Assembly (NCBI GenBank): GCA_048939995.1
Contig: JBHLOY010000010.1
Location: 81,887 to 145,886, forward strand
Source of the DNA: Promethearchaeota archaeon
GTDB taxonomy: Archaea > Asgardarchaeota > Lokiarchaeia > Sigyniarchaeales > SOKP01
Length of the DNA stretch: 64,000 nucleotides
Direction: 5' to 3'
The translations under genes and the position numbers were made by a program. Below are positions 49,867 through 58,716 of the stretch, piece by piece. Every line of letters starts with the position of its first letter. Positions within the stretch are counted from its first letter, which is position 1. The notes beneath the pieces were generated by a model that worked only from the letters and a program-made list of their open reading frames with translations, had not been told where the DNA came from and ran no database searches.

Positions 49867-49911
49867 TTTCCCATTTTTTTTCTACTTTTCTTTTTCTCAA
49901 CACTTTAAAGC

Positions 49912-50625
49912 TCAAATAATTTTATCAATATAACATTTTGATTTTCTCAGAGTTTCAATCACTTCAGATTCAGGAACATCATACCAGTTTTGATAAGCAT
50001 CAGCTACTGCAAACCAGGTAGTATTTTTGATATTAGGACAAAATATTTCGTTTACATTGTTTTGTATTCGCAATACAGTATGATATGGAGCTGTAGGAAC
50101 GGCTACATATACTTTTCTAGGGTTATAGTTATTAATCATATGAATTGCAGCTAACATTGTGTAACCCGAGGCTAAGCCATCGTCCATAAGAAAAATAAAA
50201 TTATTTTCTATTATCAATCTAAATTTTTTTTGGATTTCTGTATCCTTTTTTTTGTAAAATTTTAGACGTTCATTGATTTCTTTTTTTGTTCTATTAATAG
50301 AATCATCAATTTGTGATTGAGATAAACTTAGGCTTTTTAAAAGTGGCTCATTTAAGAAAGTGGTTCCATCAGTAGTAATTGAACCGAAACCAGCTTCTGT
50401 ATTATAGGGAATTTTAATTTTACGCACAATGACAATATCATATTGTATCTTTAATCGATCACAAAAGCCCTCTGCCACAGGAACTCCCCCATTGGGTATT
50501 GCAAAAGAAAAACATTGTTCTGAGTCCCTATCAAAAATATTTTTTAGAGATTTATTTTTATCCAAAATATAATCTGCTAAAATTTGGCCTGCTTGATATC
50601 TGCTTTCATATTTTTGAAATTTCAT
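49912..50625 (-). CDS. Type I phosphoribosyltransferase-family protein
   Basis: IPNGGVPVA, VRKI, MDDGLASG PRPP loop, AVP. Confidence 0.9.
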   Translation of the reverse strand: MKFQKYESRYQAGQILADYILDKNKSLKNIFDRDSEQCFSFAIPNGGVPVAEGFCDRLKIQYDIVIVRKIKIPYNTEAGFGSITTDGTTFLNEPLLKSLSLSQSQIDDSINRTKKEINERLKFYKKKDTEIQKKFRLIIENNFIFLMDDGLASGYTMLAAIHMINNYNPRKVYVAVPTAPYHTVLRIQNNVNEIFCPNIKNTTWFAVADAYQNWYDVPESEVIETLRKSKCYIDKII

Positions 50626-50892
50626 CTCTATTACTATACTAGAATGCTTTGAATTAAACGATTAAGCTATGATTATATAAAATTATTTTTAGGTATGTCT
50701 AATTAATTTAAAATGTGTTATAAGAGATTTCGTTTTTCTTTTATCCAATAGACTATTTATTCAATTTTATAACATTAAATAAATTTTGTAAAACATTAGA
50801 AAATTTTTAAATTAGTTTAAACCTTAAATAAATAATAGAAAAATGTTGGAAAATTCTACTTCAGAATCATCAGATATAGATGGTGATGGTAT

Positions 50893-51447
50893 ATGGAGGC
50901 TCAAGATACAAAAGGTAAAATTATTAGAGAGACTTTTCCATCTGAAGTTATATCTATCGTAGGAGATATTTTTGCGGGGATAATTCTATCAATTTTAATC
51001 TTACCATTTGAAAGCTTCCTCCTTTTAATTTTAATAATCCCTCCTTTATTATCTCTAAGAGGTAATATTACTGCTCCTTTTATCGCAAGAACGGCACGAG
51101 ATTTAATTATTGGAGAATTCAATATTCGAAAATGGTTTGAAAACGTGTTGGCAACCTACTTCCTTTCATTAATTACAGCGACCCTTATTGGGTTTATTAG
51201 TTTATTATTAGACTTAGTGTTTTTTAGAATATTTCTCTTATCGATTCCTATCATGATCTTTATCCCTGTAATTTCTATATCTTTAACACTCTCAATTTCT
51301 ATCCCAATATCTACTATTCTCAACTATTTCATATTTAGATATGGTTTAAATCCTAATAATATAGTAAATCCTGTAATGACCGCGATTGGAGATTTCTCCA
51401 TGGTGATTTGTTTTTATCTAACCATAATAATTTTAGGGGTGCCATAG
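50893..51447 (+). CDS. MgtE/SLC41 integral-membrane half 1
   Basis: LRGNI..AR; NPNNIVNPVMTAIGD. Confidence 0.85.
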   Translation: MEAQDTKGKIIRETFPSEVISIVGDIFAGIILSILILPFESFLLLILIIPPLLSLRGNITAPFIARTARDLIIGEFNIRKWFENVLATYFLSLITATLIGFISLLLDLVFFRIFLLSIPIMIFIPVISISLTLSISIPISTILNYFIFRYGLNPNNIVNPVMTAIGDFSMVICFYLTIIILGVP

Positions 51448-52005
51448 ATGGACTATTTTAAGAAGATATGCAAGGAGTCTATAATAATTGTAATTCTTTC
51501 TTCTATTATTGGGATATTTTCTGGCTCAATATTATCTACTAGTCAAGAAATTTTATATAGTTTTCCCATTATCCTTTTAATTCTACCAGCATTGAATTCC
51601 TTAACAGGGGATATAGCAACAGTTTTAGTATCCCGTTTAACAACCCATTTATATATCGGCATTATACCTCCTAAAATTCAAAAATCCAAGAGATTAACTA
51701 GTGACTTTATAGGTCTGCTACTCACTCTTATATTAAGTTTAATTGCTTTAATTATTATAGGATATACACTCGGATTTTTAACAGGTATTCAAATCGTGAA
51801 TCCATTTTTAATTATTATGATTATAACTATTAGTATATTAATCCTATTTATATTGATGTTCATTCTTTTATTTATTAGTTCAATAGTTATATTTAAGAGA
51901 GGGAAAGATCCAAACAACTTTCTTATACCACTCACAACATCCTTAGCAGATTTTTTAACACCTTTACTCTTAATCATTTTTATCAAAATATTTATATTTT
52001 ATTAA
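51448..52005 (+). CDS. MgtE/SLC41 integral-membrane half 2
   Basis: LTGDI..SRL; DPNNFLIPLTTSLAD. Confidence 0.85.
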   Translation: MDYFKKICKESIIIVILSSIIGIFSGSILSTSQEILYSFPIILLILPALNSLTGDIATVLVSRLTTHLYIGIIPPKIQKSKRLTSDFIGLLLTLILSLIALIIIGYTLGFLTGIQIVNPFLIIMIITISILILFILMFILLFISSIVIFKRGKDPNNFLIPLTTSLADFLTPLLLIIFIKIFIFY

Positions 52006-52035
52006 AATTAATGAAAATTTAGAGATATCGTAAAG

Positions 52036-53280
52036 ATGCCAGTAAAGAAAAAGAAATTTAAATACAAACCTTTATCCTTAAAAGACATTTTAAGGGAAAT
52101 GAAACAGAATATAGATCTAATGATAGATTTAGCATATAGCGCGATTAAATTTGGAATTAGGGAAATTGCTGATGAGACTTCTAAAATTGAAAGACGTATA
52201 CATGAATTAACATTTTTACTAAATTTGCAAATCATTCAAGCTCAAGCTGGAGGAATAAAAGAAGCAAAAAAGCTTGAACCAATCGTAGTGATGGGTTATT
52301 CTATAGATAAAATTTCTGATGCTCTTGCGGATATAGCAAAAGTGGTCTATATCAATAGTGATATTCGCGATTTTACTCAATTATTTTGGAATGATGTACC
52401 TGAACCAATAGTAAAACTAACCGTTAATGAACCGTGTGAATTTATAGGACAATCGCGTCATGATATCCATTTTCGTTCTAGATATGGAGTGGACTTAATT
52501 GCAATTAAAAGAGGAGAAAAATGGTTATTTAATCGAGATCAAGTAATTGAAAAAAGTGATATCTTAATTATTAAAGGAGAACTTGAACCAATTAATGAAT
52601 TAAAGAGATTGGTTTTTGATGCTCAAGCTATCTCTTTTCAAATTGATGAGGAGATTACTGAAAGTGAATTTGATTTAAATAATCCTGAAATATTAGAATA
52701 CATCCAAGAACTAAAAAAAGATTATGTACTGATTACTGATATTTCCGAAACAATGATTGAATTAGCTTTAGCTTCATTATTTTTCAATAGTTATGAGGTT
52801 GCAGAGGACGTCTTAGAGATGGAGGAGTTAATGGATGGTTTAAACATCACTTTTGAAAAAGATCTTTTAGATTTTGCCCAACTGGTTGAAAATCCTCGAA
52901 ACTTAACAGGAATAATGAGAATAGTTTTTTCTTGTGAACAAATAGCAGATGGTGCTGCCAATATCGCTGAAAATATCTTAAAAGGTTTTGAGCCTCATGT
53001 AATTTTACAAAAGGCAATCGAAGAAACTCAAGAAGTTGTAGTACGTGAAACTTTATCAAGCGATTCTTACTTCAAAGGCAAAAATTATGCTCAACTACAA
53101 GACAAGCGATATAAAAGAGGATTTCATATCATTGCGATGAAAAGAGAAAACAAATGGATCTATAGCTTTAAACCTGACTTTATATTTCAAGAAGGGGATC
53201 TTTTAATTGGTTTGGGACCAAAAGAAACTCTGGATCAATGGAGGCGTTGCGTTCATCCAGAAATTTTTAGAGAGGAATAA
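52036..53280 (+). CDS. Tandem (PhoU plus TrkA-C/RCK_C) x2 regulator
   Basis: LMIDLAYSA..DKISDA, then IAIKRG; repeated as TMIELALAS..EQIADG, then IAMKRE. Confidence 0.85.
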   Translation: MPVKKKKFKYKPLSLKDILREMKQNIDLMIDLAYSAIKFGIREIADETSKIERRIHELTFLLNLQIIQAQAGGIKEAKKLEPIVVMGYSIDKISDALADIAKVVYINSDIRDFTQLFWNDVPEPIVKLTVNEPCEFIGQSRHDIHFRSRYGVDLIAIKRGEKWLFNRDQVIEKSDILIIKGELEPINELKRLVFDAQAISFQIDEEITESEFDLNNPEILEYIQELKKDYVLITDISETMIELALASLFFNSYEVAEDVLEMEELMDGLNITFEKDLLDFAQLVENPRNLTGIMRIVFSCEQIADGAANIAENILKGFEPHVILQKAIEETQEVVVRETLSSDSYFKGKNYAQLQDKRYKRGFHIIAMKRENKWIYSFKPDFIFQEGDLLIGLGPKETLDQWRRCVHPEIFREE

Positions 53281-53292
53281 AATTATATTGTA

Positions 53293-53889
53293 ATGAAGAA
53301 GATGAAATATCAAGAAAGAAAAATAAGGCTTTTAAATACCATTAATGAAATATCTAATAATCTCATTAAGAATAGTGAAACAATAAATTTTGACAAAATT
53401 AATGAATTAATAGATATGATTGTAAGAACCTATGCTAAAAATTATATGATCTTCATTTATGGAGCAGGAAGATCTGGGTTTATTGGCAGATGTTTTGCTC
53501 AGCGACTAATGCATTTAGGGATAAAATCTTGTTTTATTTCTGATGCTGTTACATATCGTTATCATTCTTATGACTTATTAATTATTATTTCTGGGAGTGG
53601 AGAAACTACTTCCCCATTAGCACTCGTACAGAAGGCAAAGGAGATAGGAGGTAAGATAGTATTAATAACTGGTAATCCATATAGCACAATGGGTAAATCC
53701 TCTGATTTAATTATTCAAATTGAAGGGAAAAGAAAAGATAAAGCAATTAATGAAGAAACCTTGGCTCCATATACCACTTTATTCGATATTGCAGCATTAA
53801 CTATATTAGATTCAATTGGAGGGATTTTAATGAAAGTTTTAGGGGTAAAAGAAAAAGATATTGATCTAAGACATGCCTCAATAGAATAA
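53293..53889 (+). CDS. hxlB: 6-phospho-3-hexuloisomerase (SIS domain)
   Basis: GAGRSG, FAQRLMHLG, SGSGET, RHASIE. Confidence 0.88.
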   Translation: MKKMKYQERKIRLLNTINEISNNLIKNSETINFDKINELIDMIVRTYAKNYMIFIYGAGRSGFIGRCFAQRLMHLGIKSCFISDAVTYRYHSYDLLIIISGSGETTSPLALVQKAKEIGGKIVLITGNPYSTMGKSSDLIIQIEGKRKDKAINEETLAPYTTLFDIAALTILDSIGGILMKVLGVKEKDIDLRHASIE

Positions 53890-53920
53890 TGTTCTTACAA
53901 ACTCTTAATATTATTAATTA

Positions 53921-54325
53921 GTGAAAATTATGCATAATTATATTGAAGTAAAATTTATTTCTGATAAAAAAGGCAGAGGTGCATTTGCTAAAAAGTCAAT
54001 TAAAAAGGGAACTCTAATTGATGTGGCACACGTTATACCTCTTCCCAATAAAGATTACGAGAAAATCTGTAATACTATTTTATACCATTATTGTTATGTC
54101 TGGGAAGATCCTAAACATTTACCCGAGTTTGAGAATGCCATAACGCTTAGTGTAAGCCAATTTATGAATCACTCATATAAACCCAATGTAAAATACTTAT
54201 ATGATTATGATAAAAAAGCAATCGAATTTACAGCATTAACAAATATCGCAGAAGGGGAAGAGTTGACTATTAATTATAATGGTATAGTCGGTGATAAAAC
54301 TCCTGTATGGTTTGATGTAGTGTAA
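53921..54325 (+). CDS. SET-domain protein-lysine methyltransferase
   Basis: GRGAFA, FMNHS..PN, GEELTINY. Confidence 0.9.
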   Translation: MKIMHNYIEVKFISDKKGRGAFAKKSIKKGTLIDVAHVIPLPNKDYEKICNTILYHYCYVWEDPKHLPEFENAITLSVSQFMNHSYKPNVKYLYDYDKKAIEFTALTNIAEGEELTINYNGIVGDKTPVWFDVV

Positions 54326-54327
54326 AT

Positions 54328-55194
54328 TCATTGTTTTCTTAAAGAGTTTAAAATTGCCAAATTCATTATATCCTCTTTCAAATCTTTTCCTTTTGGTGTT
54401 TCTAATATGCCGGGATGTTCTTTAAATCTGTTATCATTAATAAAGAATCCAAATGGGGCCTTTCCAATTTTTCCTTGACCGATATGGATATGACGATCCA
54501 CTCTAGATCCTAATCCTTTTACAGAGTCATTAAGATGAAATGCATAAAGGTAAGTTAGTCCTATTTGATTATCAAAATCATCCCACATTTCATCATATTT
54601 TTTCTTGGTAGTGAAATCATATCCGGAGGCAAAAGCATGACAAGTGTCAAAACAAACTCCAACTCTTTCCTTGTTTCCTATTTTATCAATAATAAATTTC
54701 AAATGATGAAATTTTCGTCCTAAATTATGACCTTGCCCTGCAACAGTTTCTAATAAAATTTTTACAGTAGAATTCTTAGTATTTTCTATCAACTTATTTA
54801 TTTGTTCGGCAATTCGAATTAATCCGGTCTGTTTATCTTCATTTTTATCTTCGACATTAAACGTCCCCGGATGAATCACAACATAATCTAATTTAAGCTG
54901 TTCAGCTTTAATTAATTCATCAAGCATGGCTTTGTATGATTTTGTAAGCTTCTCTTTATCTGAAGTTGCTAAATTAATCAAATAACTATTATGAGATAAC
55001 AATGGCCAGATCAGATTTTGATTTTCCTTCCTCTTTTGTAAAAAATCATCGATTTCTTTTTGTTCTAAGGGTTTTGATGCCCAACCTCGAACATTTCGTA
55101 TAAACATCTGAATTGATTCACAACCGAGCTCTCGTCCGCTTTCTAAAGCCATATATTTGCCCCCACTTACAGACATATGAGCTCCGAGTCTCAA
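54328..55194 (-). CDS. nfo: Endonuclease IV
   Basis: GAHMS, HNSYLINL, HPG, ETVAGQG, DTCH, HLNDS, DRH, LETP. Confidence 0.95.
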   Translation of the reverse strand: MRLGAHMSVSGGKYMALESGRELGCESIQMFIRNVRGWASKPLEQKEIDDFLQKRKENQNLIWPLLSHNSYLINLATSDKEKLTKSYKAMLDELIKAEQLKLDYVVIHPGTFNVEDKNEDKQTGLIRIAEQINKLIENTKNSTVKILLETVAGQGHNLGRKFHHLKFIIDKIGNKERVGVCFDTCHAFASGYDFTTKKKYDEMWDDFDNQIGLTYLYAFHLNDSVKGLGSRVDRHIHIGQGKIGKAPFGFFINDNRFKEHPGILETPKGKDLKEDIMNLAILNSLRKQ

Positions 55195-55356
55195 ATTGCT
55201 TACCTAAAATTAATTATTTTAATGATATTTTAAATAAAATTAAAAATCTTATATATTTTGATAGTAACAATACAGCAATATATATTGCTAATTACAATTT
55301 TAATCATCTTAATCATAAAAAATTGTAATCGTTAATAAATTTAAGAAGTTATAAGA

Positions 55357-56355
55357 ATGTCAGAAAAGAACTCTAGAGATAATATAGAGCAGTTAAAATC
55401 AGAATTGATATTAAAAAATAAAGAAATAAGTAACCACTTAGAAAGGATAGAATACCTCGAAAATTTGATTATGGAACTTGAAGCATCTTTATCTGAAAAA
55501 ACCGGTAAGACCAATATGGCTCTAATAAATATCAATTTAAAAGATTTGAAAAGAAAGAATCAAGAATTGAAGGAACAAATGAGTTTTTTACGATTAGAAA
55601 ACATAAAGCTAAAACAAGAATTAGAAAAAATCAAAAAGGGATATTTTGACATTTCATCGTTAATTCAAGTTGTAAATGATAAAGCAATTAAAAGTAAATC
55701 AGGAAATGAAATTAGAATAAATGAACATCAAATTTCTAAAGAGGAATTATTTAAATATGTACAAATAAAATGCCCTAAATGCGATATGCCAAAGAGTTTA
55801 AAAATTCCTACTCAGATTGTAAATCAAATGCAAAATGTAACTAGTATTAATATTCCTAGAGGAGTTGTTTGTGATCACAGTTTTCAAGTAATTATTGATA
55901 AATTTTTTACCGTTAAAAGATATGAAATAGTCACTTTTGAATTTCAGGATATAGAGTATGCTAAAACTGATGATATCGAAAAAAAACGAATGAATCAAGA
56001 TATAATTAATGTTTTAAGATCTAGTATAGATAATAGAGATATTCTTGGAGCTGCTATTTTTTCAGAAGATGGTATGGTAATATATGCTTCAATACCGTCT
56101 AATATTTTATATAACATTCTTAATGAATTTCAAGTCAGAAAGGAAAAACAACTTCAAGAAATGACAAAGATGTTTATAGAATTGAGAGATAATCAAAAAT
56201 TCTTCTCAGAAAGTATAAAAATTCTTAATGAAGAGGTAAATATTGTGCTAATTTTTTCTGAAAGAGTTACTTTTGGAATGGGAACTTTGTTATTTAAAGA
56301 TATAAAAGATAAGTTACAAAAATTCACTATAAATCATACTGAAGGCTTGAGATGA
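55357..56355 (+). CDS. Coiled-coil plus Zn module plus roadblock/longin-like domain protein
   Basis: N-terminal heptads; CPKC...CDH....ID..VKR; ILGAAIFSEDGMVIYAS (roadblock-like). Confidence 0.6.
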   Translation: MSEKNSRDNIEQLKSELILKNKEISNHLERIEYLENLIMELEASLSEKTGKTNMALININLKDLKRKNQELKEQMSFLRLENIKLKQELEKIKKGYFDISSLIQVVNDKAIKSKSGNEIRINEHQISKEELFKYVQIKCPKCDMPKSLKIPTQIVNQMQNVTSINIPRGVVCDHSFQVIIDKFFTVKRYEIVTFEFQDIEYAKTDDIEKKRMNQDIINVLRSSIDNRDILGAAIFSEDGMVIYASIPSNILYNILNEFQVRKEKQLQEMTKMFIELRDNQKFFSESIKILNEEVNIVLIFSERVTFGMGTLLFKDIKDKLQKFTINHTEGLR

Positions 56356-57218
56356 ATCTCGCCTTTAATTAAATTTGATATAATCTTATTAAATTCATTA
56401 TAGTAATTTTTAGACTGTTGCAAACTCTGTAATGCTGTTTTATATTTATCTATTTTATCCTTAGAGATATTTTGTTTGAATGGTGAAATTTTAACTACTG
56501 ATGGAAACAGTGTTAAAATGATTATCTCTAAACAAAAATCCAGAGCTTTTTCTAAATAAGGTTTTATTGCCTGCACTATCTTTTCGATTGACTTATTATC
56601 ACCCTCCCCCTTTAAAACTAAATAAATATTGTTATTGGAATCTACGTTTAACTTTACATAGTAATAACGAGTTAATTTTTGATTATCTTTAACTTTCTTA
56701 TATAGTTCTGCCATATCTAACATTGATATATTCTCATCACTTACTTTGAGAAGACTAGATTTATATTTTTCATTTCCTGTGATAATAAATATTTCTTTAA
56801 TCCCCTCTATTTCTACTTTTTGAAATAGGGCAGTTAATTCCAAATAATTTAATAAATCATTTGAAAAAATCATTTGTAATGTTTCATTGGTAGGATTCTC
56901 AATCGCTTTATAGAGATTTCGTTGCAAAAAGGGATCTAAATTATCAAATTCTTCCTCCTCTTCAAAAATTATTCCTAGTATGCCCTCTTTTTGACTTCTA
57001 CGATCAAGATTTCCTGTAAAACAGGATATACTTCTAAAATTTTCAAATTTTACTTCAATATGAGAAGAGGATTCAAATCCCGCATGAGACATGTACAATT
57101 TTGATATAAATTCTTTGCTTAAATTTATTTGATTTTTAAAATAAGAACATTTAACTTCTGGTCCCATTATCTCATCATGTATTACTAAAAACATTCCTAT
57201 CGGCATAACAAATATCAA
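56334..57218 (-). CDS. Longin/uDENN-like protein
   Basis: IGMFLVIHDEIMGPEV matches the hhhhhF[DH]..GP.h start of uDENN/NPR2/FLCN longin domains. Confidence 0.55.
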   Translation of the reverse strand: MIFVMPIGMFLVIHDEIMGPEVKCSYFKNQINLSKEFISKLYMSHAGFESSSHIEVKFENFRSISCFTGNLDRRSQKEGILGIIFEEEEEFDNLDPFLQRNLYKAIENPTNETLQMIFSNDLLNYLELTALFQKVEIEGIKEIFIITGNEKYKSSLLKVSDENISMLDMAELYKKVKDNQKLTRYYYVKLNVDSNNNIYLVLKGEGDNKSIEKIVQAIKPYLEKALDFCLEIIILTLFPSVVKISPFKQNISKDKIDKYKTALQSLQQSKNYYNEFNKIISNLIKGEIHLKPSV

Positions 57219-57222
57219 CCTC

Positions 57223-58422
57223 TTAATCTAACCATAATTGTTTAATTTGTAGAGCAACTTGTCTCCCGACATCTTCAATCTCTTTCAACTTTTCCTTATT
57301 AAACGCTGCCGAATTAAGAATAATTACAAGCATTAAATCTCTAGTAACATTTGTCATTAATAGGTAATTCGATTCGGTTTTTAATCTGAATTCTTTAAAA
57401 CTTTCAAACCTCATATTTTTAGTAACTTTATCACACGTAACTATTAGTAGAGAAATCATACCAATAACGATTTCCTCATCAGAGGGTTCTAATGTTGATC
57501 CACAAGCAAGACCACTTTTCTTCTCAATTAATATGGCCTCTTTAACACCTTCTTGATCCTTTAATGATTTCAATATGGATTGGATAAATGTAGATTTTGG
57601 AGAAATATCTCGAATTATTCCACTCCATGCAGTAAATAAGGATTCGTCAAATACAGAGGTAGGATAGAAGCGGATTTCGGAAGATATATTCTGGGCTAAA
57701 TAATTCTTAAGATAATTAATTACTGCGATTTTATCATTTATTAAATCTATTTTATGAAGAAATACATTTATTATGGAAGCTCTATTGTACATCAATATCT
57801 CATTTACACTCCATTCAAGTTCATTTCGAGCATTCTCATACCTCTCTACATCAGAAGCATCAACAACATATAGTAAAACAGAGGCTTTTTTAAATATACG
57901 TTTCTTTAGTGGTCCATGATATTCATCTAGATATTGCTGTTGTCCGCCCAGATCCCAAATCATCGGTTTAGATACAGTCCCAACTTCATAATTTTTATAG
58001 TTAATTCCTTTCGTTGCTGTGGATTTCATTAATTCCCATGGCTTTTTTCCTTCAAATACTCGTTCATAAATACACGTTTTTCCAGCATTAGAGAGACCCA
58101 TCAACACTATTTTTTTAATATCTTCAGAGGGTTTTTTTTGAAACTCACCAAGAATTTCAGAAACCGATCCTTCGATAAAAGTAATATCGTCAGCTGGAGA
58201 TATATCTTTTAATTCTTCTTTTATAATCCAAGCTAATCTATTACTTGGAATAAATAAATTTTTCGTTTCAAAAAATAACTGGACTGTATCTAAAATCTCG
58301 GTCTCTAATAAACCTGTTTTTTCAAAAACTAACTCATTTTTATACCAAATGTTAATTTCTATTTTTCCTGTTTTAGAATTCGTAAGTCCAAAGTGATATA
58401 ATGTTCCAGGTATCTTCTTCAT
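57223..58422 (-). CDS. Rag/Gtr1-like GTPase with C-terminal roadblock domain
   Basis: KIVLMGLSNAGKT, AT, WDLGGQ, HKID, TSVFDESLF.AWS.I; C-terminal AILIEKKSGL roadblock. Confidence 0.88.
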   Translation of the reverse strand: MKKIPGTLYHFGLTNSKTGKIEINIWYKNELVFEKTGLLETEILDTVQLFFETKNLFIPSNRLAWIIKEELKDISPADDITFIEGSVSEILGEFQKKPSEDIKKIVLMGLSNAGKTCIYERVFEGKKPWELMKSTATKGINYKNYEVGTVSKPMIWDLGGQQQYLDEYHGPLKKRIFKKASVLLYVVDASDVERYENARNELEWSVNEILMYNRASIINVFLHKIDLINDKIAVINYLKNYLAQNISSEIRFYPTSVFDESLFTAWSGIIRDISPKSTFIQSILKSLKDQEGVKEAILIEKKSGLACGSTLEPSDEEIVIGMISLLIVTCDKVTKNMRFESFKEFRLKTESNYLLMTNVTRDLMLVIILNSAAFNKEKLKEIEDVGRQVALQIKQLWLD

Positions 58423-58487
58423 AATGTGGTAATTTTACTAAATCATTTTATTTTTTCTTTTAAAATTATCTTAAATAATATGTTTTT

Positions 58488-58535
58488 TACAGACCCGTAA
58501 AAATAGTGATAGTAGAATTTTATAAATCTATTTAT
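58488..58535 (-). promoter_or_regulatory. Promoter cassette shared with 63894..63941
   Basis: TACA(G/A)ACCCGTAAAAA-N12-AATTTTATAAATCTATTTAT, containing TTTATAAA. Confidence 0.7.
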
Positions 58536-58716
58536 TTGAAAAAAATTGAATTTAAATATTTCATCTTTAAATCTAGCTTAAATGAGATTCTATCTCATAC
58601 TCTGATAAGGAAAGTAATACTCTATACGACCCTACAAAAGTTGTGAAAATTATCTTTTAATTTTAAAAAACTCCTTCTATTTCAAAGAAATTACATATAT
58701 AATTGTTATATTATTT

